Positions 60,398-64,000 of a stretch of DNA of 64,000 nt are shown here, piece after piece. Under the pieces are notes generated by a model that was given only the letters and a program-made list of their open reading frames with translations, did not search any database and had not been told where the DNA came from. The translations under genes and the position numbers were made by a program. Origin of the DNA: the human T2T-CHM13v2.0 reference genome, Homo sapiens; the NCBI RefSeq assembly GCF_009914755.1, contig NC_060926.1. The stretch is one strand, 5' to 3'. The first letter of the stretch is position 1. Every line of letters begins with the position of its first letter.

Positions 60398-61224
60398 GGT
60401 TCTAGCACTTTCTGACACCATAACCTCAGAGTCCTTTTCTGTAAAGTGGAGTAGATAATATTACCTGCCTCATGAGCGAGAAGGCATGCATATAGCATGC
60501 AGTGGAGGTGGCACAGTGCCTGGGTCCAGTAGATGCCAGGCATTACCATGATCTTTCTGATTAATATTATCACCAACCTTCTCATAAATAACTGAGTACT
60601 TGAAGAACAGTGTGCAGTATCGTGGTGGGAGTTATGGAAGTGATTACTTAAAATTTTTCAGCTCCAAAGACATATGCTGAAGGAATCAGTATCATCAGAA
60701 GCATGTATAGAACCCCATGTCTGCACCTAGTGCTCTTCTCTGCAGAATTAACAAACAAGCACCCCCACTGAGTTTCATGTCATGTACCTCTCTTTCCAAG
60801 TTCTGATGTGGGAAGTGGAAAGATGCTGATTGGTCTGGCTTGGGGCAGGTGCCTGTCTCTGGACAAGTGAGAAAGAAATAGCAGTGCTCACAGGTGCAAG
60901 CCGTTGAAGGGAGGAGGAGCAGATCTCAGTGGATAATGAGGTGAACTGGGCAAACAGCAACTGGTCCCGGCTACTGACATTTTTGTAGCATCTCTGTTTT
61001 TGAAAAGGCGAAAGTGGGGAGGTGGGTGGGGGGTGGATATTTTCCGTAATATCTACATGATCCCAGGCAGCAGGCTGGGTGGTGCCTGCAGTGAGGGAAG
61101 ATGCTGTTCCTTGCAGAAATGTAGTAGGTGTGGCTTAAAGCCTCAGCTGCTGGCTGGCCTGTGAGCTTAAGAAAGCAGAGAAGCAAGTGGACACAACCTT
61201 GAATGCACCTGAAACTTCCAGAAG

Positions 61225-61375
61225 CCCACAGATGCACTCCAAATGTTCCTGAAAACCTAGAAATTCTATGTAAGTTTGTCTGTATATGGGAATATACATT
61301 TTTCCAGGGAAACCCATAACTTTCATCAGATTCTCAAAGAGGGGTGCTATCCATTAAGGATTCTGAGCCCCTGCT
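61225..61375. mobile_element. MER103-like hAT-Charlie fossil
   Basis: CATAACTTTCATCAGATTCTCAAAGAGGGG. Confidence 0.6.
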
Positions 61376-63289
61376 AGACCAATGATAGCATATGCCATGA
61401 CCCAAGGATTATGATTAATCCAACCCTAGAACGAGAGGCCCACACCATAAAATAAAGCTTTCCACAAAACATAAAGAATAAAAGAACCACTGCCTTGATA
61501 TAGTTGCTTTTTAAGCACCCATTCTTGTACTCTCTGTTTTGCCATATTCACTTTTATTATTTACTGAATATTCCTCTTTAAATTTGTTCACTTTTTAAAC
61601 TTACATGCCCAGTTTAGCCTCTTCTTAAGCAAAAATAATTGTGAAATCAGGGTTATATTTTGCTATTGCCAGTTTTCTTCCTAATGTATATTAGAAGAAA
61701 TTTATTACTATTAAAATTTAAAAATGTTTGTATCATTTCCAAAATTATTTAGTGCATACAACAGAGATGGGCTTATGGCACTCAGGAAAACACTGTCTCT
61801 AAATATTCCTAAAATTCACTTCAGGCATCCCTTTCACAGAGAAGGAACCTGAGGCAGGAGACAATTAATGTAACTTATTAGAGATTCTAAGCAAATGTGG
61901 AAAAACTTTGTCAGGTATTGGGCAACATTGTTCCTACTAATGACTCAGCCCTGTGCTTATTTTATTGCAGACAGTTTAAAGAGATGTTTTACTGTTCTCA
62001 CGTTTCCCCGCTACCCCATAAAGAGAACCAACTAGACGAGAGTAAAAACTTGATCAATTTAATACTCTGGTCATGATCCCAGCAACTAAGGAAGGGGGCT
62101 GTGGGGGGGAAAGCCAGCGAGTTTCTTTCTACTCAAATTCCATCTCATTTTTATTTTCTCTTAATGTTTTTTTGAATCCCAAGTTCCAAAACCTGTCCCC
62201 TATTATGCAGTGCAAACGAGAACAGATGGGGAAAAGTTATGTTGGAAAGGGCTTTGGAGGGCCACAGAGAAGAGAAATATGACTACTCAATGTGTCACAC
62301 ACCAACTTGCAGCTGCCACCAGCCCTTCCACACAACGAGCTGCGTATGGAACCAGCCCGGGTGCTCAGGAGGAGCGGGCTTACTGCAGGAAGGGAGCGCA
62401 ATTAGAGAACATTCGCTTTACTTGTGTTTCCTTGAAAATATGAATAAAGAGCGTAGCAGCAGCACAGCCAACAAAAAAGAAATAAATCCAAAGGCTAGCC
62501 TGGCAAATGGTTAGCTGTACCTCAGAGTTTCCCAAATGTTAACCGATCATCGGCTTTCTTCAGCCTTTTTATTTCAGAGAAATGCCTTTTCATGTCTCAA
62601 AGTCACCATTCAGTTCTTCTCTCTGTCTAGGAATTATTATTCTAGAAAGGTCATACTAGCTTTCATGCATGATGTGGCCTTCCAACCAGTATTTTTCAGT
62701 ATTCACAGGGTGCTTATGAGTTCACTAAATATTTCAAGTGTGAGGCAGGTGACCTGGTTTTAAATGGCAACTCTGCCAGTTACTAGCTGTGAGGCTTCAG
62801 GCGAGTCACCTAGCTTCTCTGAGCCTGTAGTACATCCTGTCTGAAACAGAGCTCGCTTGACTGACTTACCTTCAAGGCTTTTTGTATTCAAGGTAATGTA
62901 TATAAATGTCTGACAGAAGAACAATGTTTAATATATAAAAACTATTATTACTGTGATTATCAGAAAGCACAGAAAATGTTATTCTCTTTTCTTTGACTAT
63001 AATATAAAGATACTAAGAATATATATAATACCATATATGTAAAGATAAATTATATATATTTGGCTAGGAATCCCTAAGAATCTATGCTGAAAGTAATTGT
63101 AAGGTTAATGTGGTTTAAATTATTTGATTCAAGTAGTGATTCAGGTCATATAGACAGTATCTTTGAACAAATATCAGTGTTGTAAACAGTTGTGTTATTG
63201 AGTCCCGCAAGGACTTCCTCTGAAATTGTGCCTGTCTTTGTAGAGTGATTATGCAGGAATTTTTCTATCAAGGAAATACTGTTTTTCTT

Positions 63290-63470
63290 CCCAGGGTAAT
63301 TTATAAATTACCTAGATCAAAATCTTTACAGGAGGATGTTAAAATGCAGTTTCCAGGGCCCATCTCAGACTGTATTTTCAGCATCTCTAAGGCATATAGT
63401 TCAGGGATCTGCATTTTATTTAAAAACAACTGGTAATTCTTAAGCACACTGAAGTTTGAGCACCACTTTC
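63290..63470. mobile_element. MER5A-like fossil
   Basis: GTTAAAATGCAGTTTCCAGGGCCCATCTCAGAC...ATCTGCATTTT...AAGTTTGAGCACCACT. Confidence 0.7.
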
Positions 63471-63711
63471 TTAAGGAATGGAGATAGTGATAATTCTAAT
63501 TCTGAGAGGTTTTCAGCTACCTTCCTTCTTTCACCACACACACTCAGGCCCAGAAATACAACAACTGCTAGTGAGACAAAACGGTTGGAATTTGGTAGAT
63601 TTAGCTTCTCTCCCCCACAACCTCTGTTCTCTGTCTAGTTAAGGCTGGACTATTCTACTCATACCCTCCTTGTCCATAGGAGACATTAGCTTGACTATAG
63701 TTTGTTCTAAA

Positions 63712-63815
63712 TGGGTGGCCATACATCCCAGTGTGCCCAGCATAATTATTAATAGCACTCTTTTTCATCTCAAAAGTGTCCCAGTTTGGATGATAGATTA
63801 TACACCATTACCCTA
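63712..63815. mobile_element. MER81-like hAT-Blackjack MITE
   Basis: GGGTGGCCATACATCCCAG...GTGTCCCAGTTTGGATGA...ATTACCCTA. Confidence 0.65.
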
Positions 63816-64000
63816 GGCCTAGAAGACATTTGATTAACACGTGTAGGACATGAATGAGGACTGGCAAAATTTCTAAGGTATGTTATTCATGAGTATGGGG
63901 AAATATACCCAGATACCATTGACGACAATGAGAAATGCTTTGGGAAGTGACATAGGAATGATCAGAGAAAATTATATTCTCAAGTTATCCCATAAATTCG

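Overview
Human genomic DNA: about 28 Alus plus MaLR/ERV LTRs, MIR, L2, L1M and hAT fossils, and one CpG island at about 42.6-43.95 kb. I see no protein-coding exon. From recalled cDNA 5'-UTR sequence (not a database search) I identify the 5' end of ACVR1 (ALK2, BMP type I receptor) on the minus strand. It has alternative non-coding leader exons at ~43404-42870, ~42187-41940 and ~5737-5647, each ending at a GT donor, and the coding exons lie beyond position 1. The island also carries plus-strand splice donors (42497, 43791), consistent with divergent or antisense transcription toward the neighbouring UPP2 side. The most notable details are: a tail-less 5'-half tRNA-Gln(CTG) insertion with a perfect 16-bp target-site duplication (51901-51971); very different uAUG loads among the leader exons; a MER41-type LTR carrying a PBS and splice donor inside one TSD; a templated inverted-repeat scar (18394-18466); and a spacer-less (GT)n(AT)5(AC)n palindrome. 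Nothing here demonstrably amounts to a new biological system. Repeat subfamily calls and boundaries are by eye and approximate.
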